Made by a program: the position numbers and the translations under genes | NCBI GenBank assembly: GCA_964529955.1 | Contig: CAZGZM010000001.1 | Location: 6,510-38,334 of the forward strand | Origin: an uncultured Thermotogaceae bacterium | GTDB lineage: Bacteria > Thermotogota > Thermotogae > Petrotogales > Kosmotogaceae | Direction: 5' to 3' | DNA length: 31,825 bases | Part shown: positions 1 to 8,123 of the stretch, piece after piece | Layout: each line of letters starts with the position of its first letter | Position numbering within the stretch: the stretch's first letter is position 1 | Notes under the pieces: model-generated | Told to the model about the DNA's origin: nothing | Seen by the model: the letters and a program-made list of their open reading frames with translations, nothing else | The model's database searches: none

Positions 1-2
1 CT

Positions 3-527
3 GAGGAAGGGTACCTTTTTACATACTGCCCGCCAGCAAGATCGGAAGAAGAAAAGAACATACTGAGAAAAGAATTGAAAATGGGAAATATCGACTCTAT
101 TGGAACTGATCATTGTCCATTTAAGAAAAATGAAAAAATCGAGAATAGAGATGATTATTCAAAAATGCCAAATGGTATTCCTTCTCTTGGATTAGCTTTT
201 TCCTTGCTTAATAATCTATGTATAGATATAAATCAATCAATAAGATTAATGAGCGTGAATCCAGCTAAAATATTTGGATTGTTTCCAGAAAAGGGTTCTC
301 TGTTACCCGGAACAGATGCAGATATAGCAATTATTGAAAATGAAAAAAACTTTGAAATAAATGCTTCATTAGGAAATTGCGATTATTCTCCATACAAAGG
401 CATTAGAGTTAAGGGTAGAGTTGAAAAAACAATAACTCGTGGTAGAATCACTTATGAAAATGGTAAAATCTTAACAGATAATTGCAAAGGAAAATTCATT
501 CACAGAAACCCAATAATGTGGGGGTGA
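3..527 (+). CDS. Dihydropyrimidinase/hydantoinase-family cyclic amidohydrolase, C-terminal part (5'-truncated by the window)
   Basis: The frame is open from base 3 (EEGYLFTYCPPARSEEEKNILRKELKMGNIDSIGTDHCPF), so the ORF-track start at 75 is internal. Motifs: CPPxR, TDHCPF (metal-binding Asp), PNGIP, NPAKIFGL, KGSLLPGTDADI, GRVEKTITRG. Confidence 0.88.
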   Translation, partial: EEGYLFTYCPPARSEEEKNILRKELKMGNIDSIGTDHCPFKKNEKIENRDDYSKMPNGIPSLGLAFSLLNNLCIDINQSIRLMSVNPAKIFGLFPEKGSLLPGTDADIAIIENEKNFEINASLGNCDYSPYKGIRVKGRVEKTITRGRITYENGKILTDNCKGKFIHRNPIMWG

Positions 528-531
528 AGTT

Positions 532-1839
532 TTGATCACAAAAATCAAAAATATTAATATCTTTACTAACGATGAAAAATTCATAGAGAATGGTTTTGTG
601 CTTTTCGATGAAAATGAAATAATAGCTTTAGGGAAAGATGATTCTAATATTGGATGCGATGTGGAAATTGACGGAAATGGGAAATTACTCATACCCGGTT
701 TGATCAACTGCCACACACATATTTATTCAACTCTATCAAGGGGAATTCCCTTAAATCCATTTAATCCAAAATCATTCACTCAGATTCTGGAGCAGTTATG
801 GTGGAAACTGGATAAAAAATTATTACTGGAAGATATTTCCATTAGTTCCTATATTTATGCGATTGAATCCCTTAAAGCCGGTGTAACCACGGTCTTTGAT
901 CATAATTCTTCACCCTATGCAATTGAAGGCTCTCTGCAGAAAATATTTTCCGGGGTCAATGAAACTGGTTTAAGATGCTGTACTTGTTTTGAAGTTTCTG
1001 ATAGAGATGGGAAAAGCCGAGCAGTTGATGAAATTGAGGAAAACTCATCATATATCGGAAAAGACAGCAATATGAAATCTATCATGATGGGCTTGCATGC
1101 TTCTTTTACATTGAGCGATAAAACTTTAAAGAGAATTTCTTCTGTTGAAGATGTCCCAATCCATGTTCATGTTGCTGAAGGACCTGAAGATGAAGAAATG
1201 TGCAAAGATAAATATGGAAAAAGAATTCTGGAAAGATTTAAGAAGTTTAAATTGACGAGAGAAAATTCTATTTACGCTCATTGTATAAGAATTAACGAAA
1301 AAGAAATGGAAATCATAAAAAAAACTGGTGGTTATATAGCAATTAACGCCCAATCAAATATCAACAACGGAGTTGGAATTTCTTACTGGCCAAAGTTCAT
1401 GAAATATGGAATACCTGTTGTTATTGGAAATGATGGTTATGGGAGTAATCTTTCACATGATATAAGGTTTTTTGTTCTAACACCCCATGAAAAAAAGGGT
1501 AAATCAACTGTCAGCTCGGCATTTGATCTTAAAAATACCCTGTTTATTAATAATTACTCCCTTGCTGAAAAAATGTTTGGAGTTAAATTGGGGAAAATAA
1601 AAAAAGGATATAAAGCCGATTTCTCACTTGTGGAATATGATTCTCCAACTCCAATAAATTTTGAGAATTTTATTAATCATTTTTTCTTTGGAGTAATTGA
1701 AAACTTTAATGTAAAAGATGTTTTTATAAGTGGCAAAAAAGTATTAAGTGGTGGTGTTCCTGTTTCTGTTAATTCTGATGAGCTTTATTCAGAAAGCAGA
1801 AAAATTTCCAAAAAATTATGGGAAAGATTTGGAGGGTAG
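532..1839 (+). CDS. ssnA: SsnA-like metal-dependent amidohydrolase (chlorohydrolase/deaminase family)
   Basis: PGLINCHTHIYSTLSRG (HxH), WWKLDK, TTVFDH, GLHASFT, HVHVAEG, YAHC and GNDG match the SsnA pattern. TTG start follows GGGGTGA, 4 nt after the upstream stop. Confidence 0.8.
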   Translation: MITKIKNINIFTNDEKFIENGFVLFDENEIIALGKDDSNIGCDVEIDGNGKLLIPGLINCHTHIYSTLSRGIPLNPFNPKSFTQILEQLWWKLDKKLLLEDISISSYIYAIESLKAGVTTVFDHNSSPYAIEGSLQKIFSGVNETGLRCCTCFEVSDRDGKSRAVDEIEENSSYIGKDSNMKSIMMGLHASFTLSDKTLKRISSVEDVPIHVHVAEGPEDEEMCKDKYGKRILERFKKFKLTRENSIYAHCIRINEKEMEIIKKTGGYIAINAQSNINNGVGISYWPKFMKYGIPVVIGNDGYGSNLSHDIRFFVLTPHEKKGKSTVSSAFDLKNTLFINNYSLAEKMFGVKLGKIKKGYKADFSLVEYDSPTPINFENFINHFFFGVIENFNVKDVFISGKKVLSGGVPVSVNSDELYSESRKISKKLWERFGG

Positions 1840-1842
1840 ACT

Positions 1843-2928
1843 ATGAATTTAAAGGTAAATATCTGTGGACTAGAATTGAATAACCCTGTAATGCCTGCTT
1901 CAGGACCTTTGACAGGTGACTTGAATAAGATGATAAAACTTGAAAACTCCGGCTTAGGTGCAATGGTAACAAAAACTATTTCAACAAAGGCAGCTGTTGT
2001 TCCAAGGCCATGTATTGTTGGAACTAATAATTATATTCTAAATACTGAGCTATGGTCAGAATACAGTCCAGAAAAATGGGTGTCCGAGATTTTACCTGCT
2101 TATAAAGAAATTACAAAAATTCCTCTAATAATAAGCATGGGATATTCACCTGATGATCTTTCATCTCTTACTCCTAAGTTATCTCAATTTGCTGATGCAT
2201 TTGAAATATCGACTCATTATGTTTCTGAAGATCCTGATCTTTTTAAAAAAATTATTGATTCAATTAAAAACTATTCAGATAAACCCGTCTTCATAAAGTT
2301 CGATCCTACAATTCCCAGTCCGGAAAAAATGGCTCAAGCTGTTCAAAATGCCAATGGAGATGGAATTGTAATTATGAATTCACTGGGTCCTGTTTACCCA
2401 TTAAATATATCTGAAAAAAATTCTCCATTAGGAAGTTTAAATGGTTTCGGTTGGATTTCAGGTCATGTGATTAAACTACTGGCTTTAGCTCTTATTAAAA
2501 GAGTAGGAAAATCTTGTGATCTTCCTATAATAGGAGTTGGAGGAATAAGTACTTCAAAGGATGTAATAGAATTTATGATGGCTGGAGCCACCGGTGTACA
2601 GTTATTATCTTCAGCAATGATAAGGGGCAAAAAAGTATTTTCTGATATAATAAACAATTTACCTAATGAACTTAAAAAACTAGGATACAATGATATAAAT
2701 GGAATAATTGGAATAGCAAAGAATTCTAATGAAGAAGAAACCTTTATTAAAAAAACTCCAGTTATTAATCTAAGCAAATGTGTTAAATGTGGACTTTGCG
2801 TTAGAGCTTGTCCATATTATGCGTTAACAATGACTGATGAGGGCATTAAACTTAACCCTGAAGAGTGCTTCGGCTGCGGATTATGTCAGTCAAGATGCCC
2901 AACAAAGGCTATTTCTGGAGTTTTTTAA
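1843..2928 (+). CDS. Dihydroorotate/dihydropyrimidine dehydrogenase (PreA-like) FMN barrel with C-terminal 2x[4Fe-4S] domain; atypical active-site loop
   Basis: N-terminal GLELNNPVMPASGP and KTIS; PVFIK; GIVIMNS; GWISG; PIIGVGGI; AGATGVQL. Ferredoxin motifs CVKCGLCVRACP and CFGCGLCQSRCP. Confidence 0.85.
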   Translation: MNLKVNICGLELNNPVMPASGPLTGDLNKMIKLENSGLGAMVTKTISTKAAVVPRPCIVGTNNYILNTELWSEYSPEKWVSEILPAYKEITKIPLIISMGYSPDDLSSLTPKLSQFADAFEISTHYVSEDPDLFKKIIDSIKNYSDKPVFIKFDPTIPSPEKMAQAVQNANGDGIVIMNSLGPVYPLNISEKNSPLGSLNGFGWISGHVIKLLALALIKRVGKSCDLPIIGVGGISTSKDVIEFMMAGATGVQLLSSAMIRGKKVFSDIINNLPNELKKLGYNDINGIIGIAKNSNEEETFIKKTPVINLSKCVKCGLCVRACPYYALTMTDEGIKLNPEECFGCGLCQSRCPTKAISGVF

Positions 2929-2936
2929 AAACAAAG

Positions 2937-4286
2937 TTATTTTTGAACAACTTTGTTTCTACCTGATTCTTTAGCTTCATACAAGGCTTCATCAGCTATT
3001 TTTATCAGCTCATTTTCATCCTTTGCATCGTATTGAGGATATGACGTGCATCCTATACTTACAGTAAATTTTATTACCTGTTTACCATGCTGGGTGACAC
3101 TTTCTTGAATGATTCTTCTGATTCTTTCTGCTACATCTTTAGAATCCTCTTTAGAAGCACCAGGCAAAACTATCACAAATTCTTCTCCACCGTATCTGAT
3201 AACAAAATCCCCTTCTCTTAAACCGATACGAATAAATTTAGCAATGTTTCTTAAAACTTTATCGCCAACCGTATGTCCATAAGTATCATTTATGCTTTTA
3301 AAATGGTCTATATCAAACATTAGTACTCCCAGGGGCTCTCCTGTTCTTGATGATCTCTTATACTCTTCGACAAGTCTGTTCAAACCAAAATGTCTATTGT
3401 ACAATCCAGTTAATTGATCAAACGCAGCCAAAGTCTGTAGTTGATTATATGTAATTGAATTTCTTAAGGCTAAAGATAAAGTATTCAAATGCAGCTCTAA
3501 ATTTGTTTTTAAATTTGAATTAAAAGATTCCTTGAAAGCAAGTACAACTATTCCCAATGAAACATTTTTATAAGAAATTGGTTCAATTCTTATTTCATTT
3601 GGAACAAATTCCAAAAGCAATCCATCTATTTTTATTTCTTTTGGTAAATGAATGGTTTTTGATAAATTTTTGTAGTATGACTCTGTAATCAAATCATTAT
3701 TAATAAGTTTTTCAGGATTTTTAATTCCCCTTGAAGAAACTGGAACAAGCTCCCCGTTTTGTTCAATTATTAAACATCCAGCATCAGAATTCATATGTTC
3801 AAGAAGTTTATCTACTGCTTTTCTAGCTAACACTTCCAATTCAATTTGAGTTGAAAGAATTTGATTAAATTCCTTAACTTCTTTTTCTGTTTTCATAAAT
3901 CCTGATAAAGTCATTATAAGCTCGTTAAAGGAATGAGCCGATTCTCCTATTTCATCATTTGAATCCACTTCTATATAACATTCGTCATTAACGCAATCCT
4001 GTATAATTGAAGACCCCATACTATCACTAATTTTATTTTCAACTTTATTCATATGTTTAGCAAGAATACGGAGACGCTTACCAACAACAATTTTTGAGAT
4101 GAAAAAATTAAATGCCCCCACAGCTAATCCGGCTAAAATACATAAAAAGAAAAACAAGGGAGAAAGAGCGATTTCATTTGATACACCTAAAAGCATTACA
4201 AAAAATGGAAATACAATTCCTATTCCCAAACCAAAAGCTATCATAAATATGCCAAGATCCAGAAAAACCTTTTTAGTGAGCCTCAT
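2937..4286 (-). CDS. Membrane-anchored diguanylate cyclase (2 TM - HAMP - GAF-like - GGDEF)
   Basis: Two N-terminal hydrophobic helices; HAMP signature DEIGESAHSFN; DQLTGLYNR, MFDIDHFKSINDTYGHTVGD, an intact RYGGEEF active site and an RxxD inhibitory site (REGD). Confidence 0.93.
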   Translation of the reverse strand: MRLTKKVFLDLGIFMIAFGLGIGIVFPFFVMLLGVSNEIALSPLFFFLCILAGLAVGAFNFFISKIVVGKRLRILAKHMNKVENKISDSMGSSIIQDCVNDECYIEVDSNDEIGESAHSFNELIMTLSGFMKTEKEVKEFNQILSTQIELEVLARKAVDKLLEHMNSDAGCLIIEQNGELVPVSSRGIKNPEKLINNDLITESYYKNLSKTIHLPKEIKIDGLLLEFVPNEIRIEPISYKNVSLGIVVLAFKESFNSNLKTNLELHLNTLSLALRNSITYNQLQTLAAFDQLTGLYNRHFGLNRLVEEYKRSSRTGEPLGVLMFDIDHFKSINDTYGHTVGDKVLRNIAKFIRIGLREGDFVIRYGGEEFVIVLPGASKEDSKDVAERIRRIIQESVTQHGKQVIKFTVSIGCTSYPQYDAKDENELIKIADEALYEAKESGRNKVVQK

Positions 4287-4354
4287 TTTAATCTCCTTGA
4301 ATAATCAAAATAAAAAAAACCAAATAATTATAGATTTAGTTTATCATAATAAAT

Positions 4355-4384
4355 AAAAAAAAAGAGCCTGAATTACCAGGCTCT
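4355..4384 (-). terminator. Intrinsic terminator of the DUF5320 gene
   Basis: Stem AGAGCCTG (4363-4370) / CAGGCTCT (4377-4384), followed on the minus strand by a long T run. Confidence 0.8.
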
Positions 4385-4400
4385 ATATTTATAATTTTTT

Positions 4401-4631
4401 TTACCAGTCTCCGTTTCTTCTACCAAGACCTCTACCGAGACCTCTACCATATCCTCTTCCGTAACCTCTACCTAAATTTCTTCTTGGATATCTAGGTCTA
4501 ACTACATCTCTTTCATCTTCAAAATATCTTTCGTCTCTAACATCATCCCTAACATTATCATTACAATATCCTAATCTTCTACCTGTCATTGGTCCTCTTC
4601 CCTCTGGACCTCTACCATCAAATCCTGGCAT
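4401..4631 (-). CDS. DUF5320-family small Gly/Arg-rich protein
   Basis: Family N-terminus MPGFDGRGPEGRGPMTGRRLGYC; C-terminal GRGYGRGYGRGLGRGLGR repeats; strong RBS AAGGAGGTG. Confidence 0.85.
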   Translation of the reverse strand: MPGFDGRGPEGRGPMTGRRLGYCNDNVRDDVRDERYFEDERDVVRPRYPRRNLGRGYGRGYGRGLGRGLGRRNGDW

Positions 4632-4675
4632 CTTCTACACCTCCTTGAAGTATATTATATATTTATTACATATAT

Positions 4676-4704
4676 ATAATATTCCTTTTTTCCATATATG
4701 TCAA
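4676..4704 (-). promoter_or_regulatory. Sigma-70-type promoter for the DUF5320 gene
   Basis: Minus strand TTGACA (4704-4699), 17 nt, TATTAT (4681-4676). Confidence 0.6.
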
Positions 4705-4748
4705 GAGTAGAAGGTTAAGATTATTTTAATATATGATAATGTTATATA

Positions 4749-5684
4749 CTATTTTTCTAACAGCTCAATGAAATCCTTTATGTCTCTTTTATATACGTTT
4801 TCAGAAAATGCCTTACTAACTTCATAACTACTAGTTTTATAAAAAATCGCAGGGGTATTACTTACTGCATAAATAAAAATATCATCATATTTATAAATCG
4901 GGTCAACAATTGTAGTATGTTTTGATGCTTCGATAGTTCTGCCTGTATCTGCAGCTGCATCAATAATAAAACAACCCCTTTTAAGTGATTTTAAATCTTT
5001 ATTAGATATAATTGGCTCGTCAGTTCCCTGTAACTCTATTCCATTAATTATCACATCATATTGCCCCATATTCTCTTTAAACTCTTTCATTGTGCTTCGA
5101 TAATATAATTTTCCATCTGCTCCAAATTTATTCACAACTGCTAAAGCTCCCTGAGCAACATTCCCAGCCGAAAGAACAGCTACTTTAATATTTGAGTCAG
5201 GTATGAGTCCAAATGAGGTAAGTCCATGAATAGCAGCTGCATAACCGGCTATATAACTATTTTTCCACACGAAATTTCTATGAAGATAAATATTGTCAAC
5301 TTCTTTTTTGCCTCTGTAAATTCTAGGATGTGTATTTTCTAAATCAATAATTATACAATCCTTAGAACGACCAACTCCTTCACAAAACTCCTTTCCTGAA
5401 GCATAGGGATGCGTCCAACCAACTATTATCTGCCCCTTTCTTATTTTTTCATAATCTCCCTTCTGAATTAGTTTCAAAGAAAACACTGCTTCACATTTCT
5501 CAAAAATTTCTCCCCGTTCTAAAATAGCACATCCTCGTCTTTCATACTCTTCGTCTGATATAGAAAGATATCCACCAAATCCCCTCTCCACAAAAATTTC
5601 ATTTTTAAAATCCGAAATATGTTCGGGTAAAATTGCTACCCTTCTTTCACAAGGATAATCAGGGATAATAAAACCTAATTTCAT
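4749..5684 (-). CDS. N5-(carboxyethyl)ornithine synthase-like protein (AlaDh/PNT superfamily NAD(P)H-dependent reductase)
   Basis: ERRVAILPE, FVERGFG, GQIIVGWTH, KNSYIAGYAAAIH, VAVLSAGNVAQGA, YDVIING, IIDAAAD and IYAVSNTP follow the Ceo/alanine-dehydrogenase domain order. Start at 5684 is preferred over 5693 because the RBS AGGAGATGAT overlaps the first ATG. Confidence 0.75.
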   Translation of the reverse strand: MKLGFIIPDYPCERRVAILPEHISDFKNEIFVERGFGGYLSISDEEYERRGCAILERGEIFEKCEAVFSLKLIQKGDYEKIRKGQIIVGWTHPYASGKEFCEGVGRSKDCIIIDLENTHPRIYRGKKEVDNIYLHRNFVWKNSYIAGYAAAIHGLTSFGLIPDSNIKVAVLSAGNVAQGALAVVNKFGADGKLYYRSTMKEFKENMGQYDVIINGIELQGTDEPIISNKDLKSLKRGCFIIDAAADTGRTIEASKHTTIVDPIYKYDDIFIYAVSNTPAIFYKTSSYEVSKAFSENVYKRDIKDFIELLEK

Positions 5685-5779
5685 TTTTATCATCTCCTTA
5701 ATATAAAAAAAATTTAAATACAGTAATAAATCTTCTTACAGGTTATATATTCATTTTAGCATAATGAGTTATATAAATA

Positions 5780-5803
5780 AAAACACCCGCTTTTCAGCGG
5801 GGG
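5780..5803 (-). terminator. Probable intrinsic terminator
   Basis: CCCGC (5786-5790) / GCGGG (5797-5801) stem with a T run downstream on the minus strand, just past the 5829 stop. Confidence 0.5.
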
Positions 5804-5828
5804 CTCTTCTGTTTTAATATTTATCTAT

Positions 5829-6647
5829 TTATTCAATTCCGGCATATTCTGCTAATGTGTTCATTAGTATTTCTAATGGTTCTATGCCTTCAACATTTTT
5901 ACCTAATCTTCCTAAAAGATTTCCTAAAGCGAATTGATTAACATTTCCTACTACATTTCCTTTAAATCCCTGAACATTCATTCGAGGACCCTCTGCACCA
6001 ATATTTCCCTGTTGTCTTCCAATTTGATTCACAGGTATATTAGCTTTATTTCCGAGCTGTTGCCCTGTTATTTGGTTCTTAACTGTGCTTTGCACCTTAC
6101 TCTTAATTTGACTCTGTAGTTTTTCTGCTTGCTCAGGATCCATATTTTTCATCTTTTCCCATGCTTGTGGATTGTTTTCCTTAATATTATTCTTCATTGT
6201 TTCCACTTGTTTTTTTACTTGCTCTTGTACTCTATCAGAGATTTTATCAGTAAAATACTCCTGAATTCCCTCAACCTGGCTCACTGTTAGTGTTTCCTTT
6301 AATACATCCAAAATACCTGTTCTGTCTTCAAAATCTTCCTTTGCACCGTCTCTGAATTCTTCCACCGCTGCCTTTGCAGCTTCAATTTCTTCTTCTGTTC
6401 CATCTAGTAGTGCTGATTTATAATTTTCAAGTAGTTGGAATAATTCTGATTCATGAGCATCTCTTTCTTCAATTTGTTCGTTTAGGGCATTGTAAATTGT
6501 TGTTGCTTGCTCCTGAGTTAATCCTATACTGTTAAAAATATCTAAAAGGGCTATTTCACCAGTTAATTCTGCTACTTCTACCGGTGTTGCCAGTGTAAAT
6601 GTTCCTATTGAAACTACTGCTAATAATAACACTAAAAATTTCTTCAT
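5829..6647 (-). CDS. Exported helical protein with two LTxxQ motifs (Spy/CpxP-like?) and a Gln/Asn-rich region
   Basis: Signal peptide MKKFLVLLLAVVSIGTFTLA; LTQEQ (aa 43-47) and LTVSQ (aa 120-124); acidic coiled-coil character; RBS GGAGGTGG. Family assignment is tentative. Confidence 0.6.
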   Translation of the reverse strand: MKKFLVLLLAVVSIGTFTLATPVEVAELTGEIALLDIFNSIGLTQEQATTIYNALNEQIEERDAHESELFQLLENYKSALLDGTEEEIEAAKAAVEEFRDGAKEDFEDRTGILDVLKETLTVSQVEGIQEYFTDKISDRVQEQVKKQVETMKNNIKENNPQAWEKMKNMDPEQAEKLQSQIKSKVQSTVKNQITGQQLGNKANIPVNQIGRQQGNIGAEGPRMNVQGFKGNVVGNVNQFALGNLLGRLGKNVEGIEPLEILMNTLAEYAGIE

Positions 6648-6720
6648 TACCTTCCACCTCCAAATTTGTTGTTATATAAATACTTTAATCTTCCTAACTT
6701 AAAATAAACTTAGAGGAACC

Positions 6721-7485
6721 TTATAATTTCCTTTGAATTTTTATCTTAGGTATTCCTACTGGTGCAAGGTAAACTACAAATTCTTCTTCACCATCTATAT
6801 CCATGACTTCATTCATCTGCTTATCACTAAATGCATCTATTGCGCAAATTCCTAATCCACCTCCCTCACAAGCAATATAAATGTTTTGAAGAACATGGCC
6901 CGCATCAAGTAGAACAAGTTTTGTTGAGTACTTTCTATATCTCAATTCTGTTCTGTATGGAATTGCGGTAAGCACATATGTAAATGGTGCAGTTCCAACA
7001 AAAACCTGACCTAAATTAGCTGATGTGACTTCATCTTTGAAATCTCCACCTTTAATAAGTTCTAATTTATGTTCATTAGCTAAATAATGATATATCCCCA
7101 TCTCTAATCCTTCTACATTCCTTATTATGGCATAACTTTCAAAGGGATGCCGTCCTCCTGCTGAAGGTACAGTTCTTAATGAGGAAAGTCCTTCATTGAG
7201 AATCATTTTTACTCTCTGACCAGCCCATAAAATAAATGCTAATTTTTCCAGACTAACAGGCTTATCTTTATAGACTCTAACACTTCTTCTATCCCATATA
7301 ATTTGAATTAAATCTTTATCATTAAGAATCTCAGGTTTTGGATCTGGCAACTTAATTATTTCTTTAGAATGATATTTTTTGAGAATCTCTGGTTTTAGAA
7401 CGCCTTTTTTTTGATCTGAAATAGCCTCCTCGCTCATTTCATCCCAGCATTTGTTTGTCATAACCTTTCTTTCTAAGTATTCCAT
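6721..7485 (-). CDS. SagB/ThcOx-family FMN-dependent dehydrogenase (nitroreductase fold), stand-alone
   Basis: IWDRRSVR, LRTVPSAGGRHPFESY, GIYHY, LLDAGHVLQNIY, GICAIDAF. Confidence 0.88.
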   Translation of the reverse strand: MEYLERKVMTNKCWDEMSEEAISDQKKGVLKPEILKKYHSKEIIKLPDPKPEILNDKDLIQIIWDRRSVRVYKDKPVSLEKLAFILWAGQRVKMILNEGLSSLRTVPSAGGRHPFESYAIIRNVEGLEMGIYHYLANEHKLELIKGGDFKDEVTSANLGQVFVGTAPFTYVLTAIPYRTELRYRKYSTKLVLLDAGHVLQNIYIACEGGGLGICAIDAFSDKQMNEVMDIDGEEEFVVYLAPVGIPKIKIQRKL

Positions 7486-7571
7486 AATTTACCTCCCCCT
7501 GTATTTATGTTTAATCTTACCAAAAAAAATTATTTTATAAAGTATAATCTTTATTAAAGGAGATGATCTTT

Positions 7572-8087
7572 ATGGGTAAGGGATATATTCAAATTTATAC
7601 TGGAAATGGAAAGGGAAAAACAACTGCAGCTTTTGGTCTATCAGTAAGGGCAGCTTGCGCAGGAAAAAGAGTGTTTATAGGTCAATTTATAAAGGGAATG
7701 GATTATTCAGAATTGAAACTTCCTGAATACTTCTCAAATATCACCATCGAACAATTTGGAAGAGGATGTTTTATTAAAAACAAGCCCTCTCCAGAGGATC
7801 ATGAAGCAGCGAAAAAAGGCTATGAGAAAGCCTTAAAAATTCTGAAAAGTTGTGAATATGATGTTGTAGTTCTGGATGAAATATTTATTGGTTTATTTTT
7901 CGAACTCTTTACTGAGGAAGATATTTTAAAACTTATGGATAAAAAACCTCCAGAAACAGAATTAATACTAACTGGAAGAAAGGCAACTCAAAATCTAATC
8001 GATAAAGCTGATCTGGTTACAGAAATGAAAGAAATAAAACATTATTATCAAAGGGGAATTATGGCTAGAAAGGGAATTGAATTTTAA
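7572..8087 (+). CDS. cobO: Cob(I)yrinic acid a,c-diamide adenosyltransferase (CobO/BtuR type)
   Basis: IQIYTGNGKGKTTAAFG, GQFIKG, YDVVVLDEI, ELILTGR, ADLVTEM, KHYY, ARKGIEF. Start at 7572 is inferred from RBS spacing. Confidence 0.93.
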   Translation: MGKGYIQIYTGNGKGKTTAAFGLSVRAACAGKRVFIGQFIKGMDYSELKLPEYFSNITIEQFGRGCFIKNKPSPEDHEAAKKGYEKALKILKSCEYDVVVLDEIFIGLFFELFTEEDILKLMDKKPPETELILTGRKATQNLIDKADLVTEMKEIKHYYQRGIMARKGIEF

Positions 8088-8093
8088 AAAACA

Positions 8094-8108
8094 GGGAGAG
8101 TTTCTCCC
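8094..8108. terminator. Short hairpin between convergent cobO and Cache genes
   Basis: GGGAGA-GTT-TCTCCC flanked on the left by an A run. Confidence 0.4.
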
Positions 8109-8123
8109 CCCCCAATTTATAAT

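Noticed and set aside
4401-4631. GRGY/GRGL tandem repeats as a RiPP precursor or DNA repeat element
   Set aside because: They are the normal low-complexity tail of DUF5320 proteins, and no modifying enzymes are adjacent.
6721-7485. SagB-type dehydrogenase as a sign of an azol(in)e RiPP cluster
   Set aside because: No YcaO, E1-like protein, transporter or Cys/Ser/Thr-rich precursor nearby. Stand-alone SagB-like nitroreductases are common in anaerobes.
7486-7571. Cobalamin riboswitch upstream of cobO
   Set aside because: The intergenic region is under 90 nt, very AT-rich and lacks B12-box or GGGAA elements.
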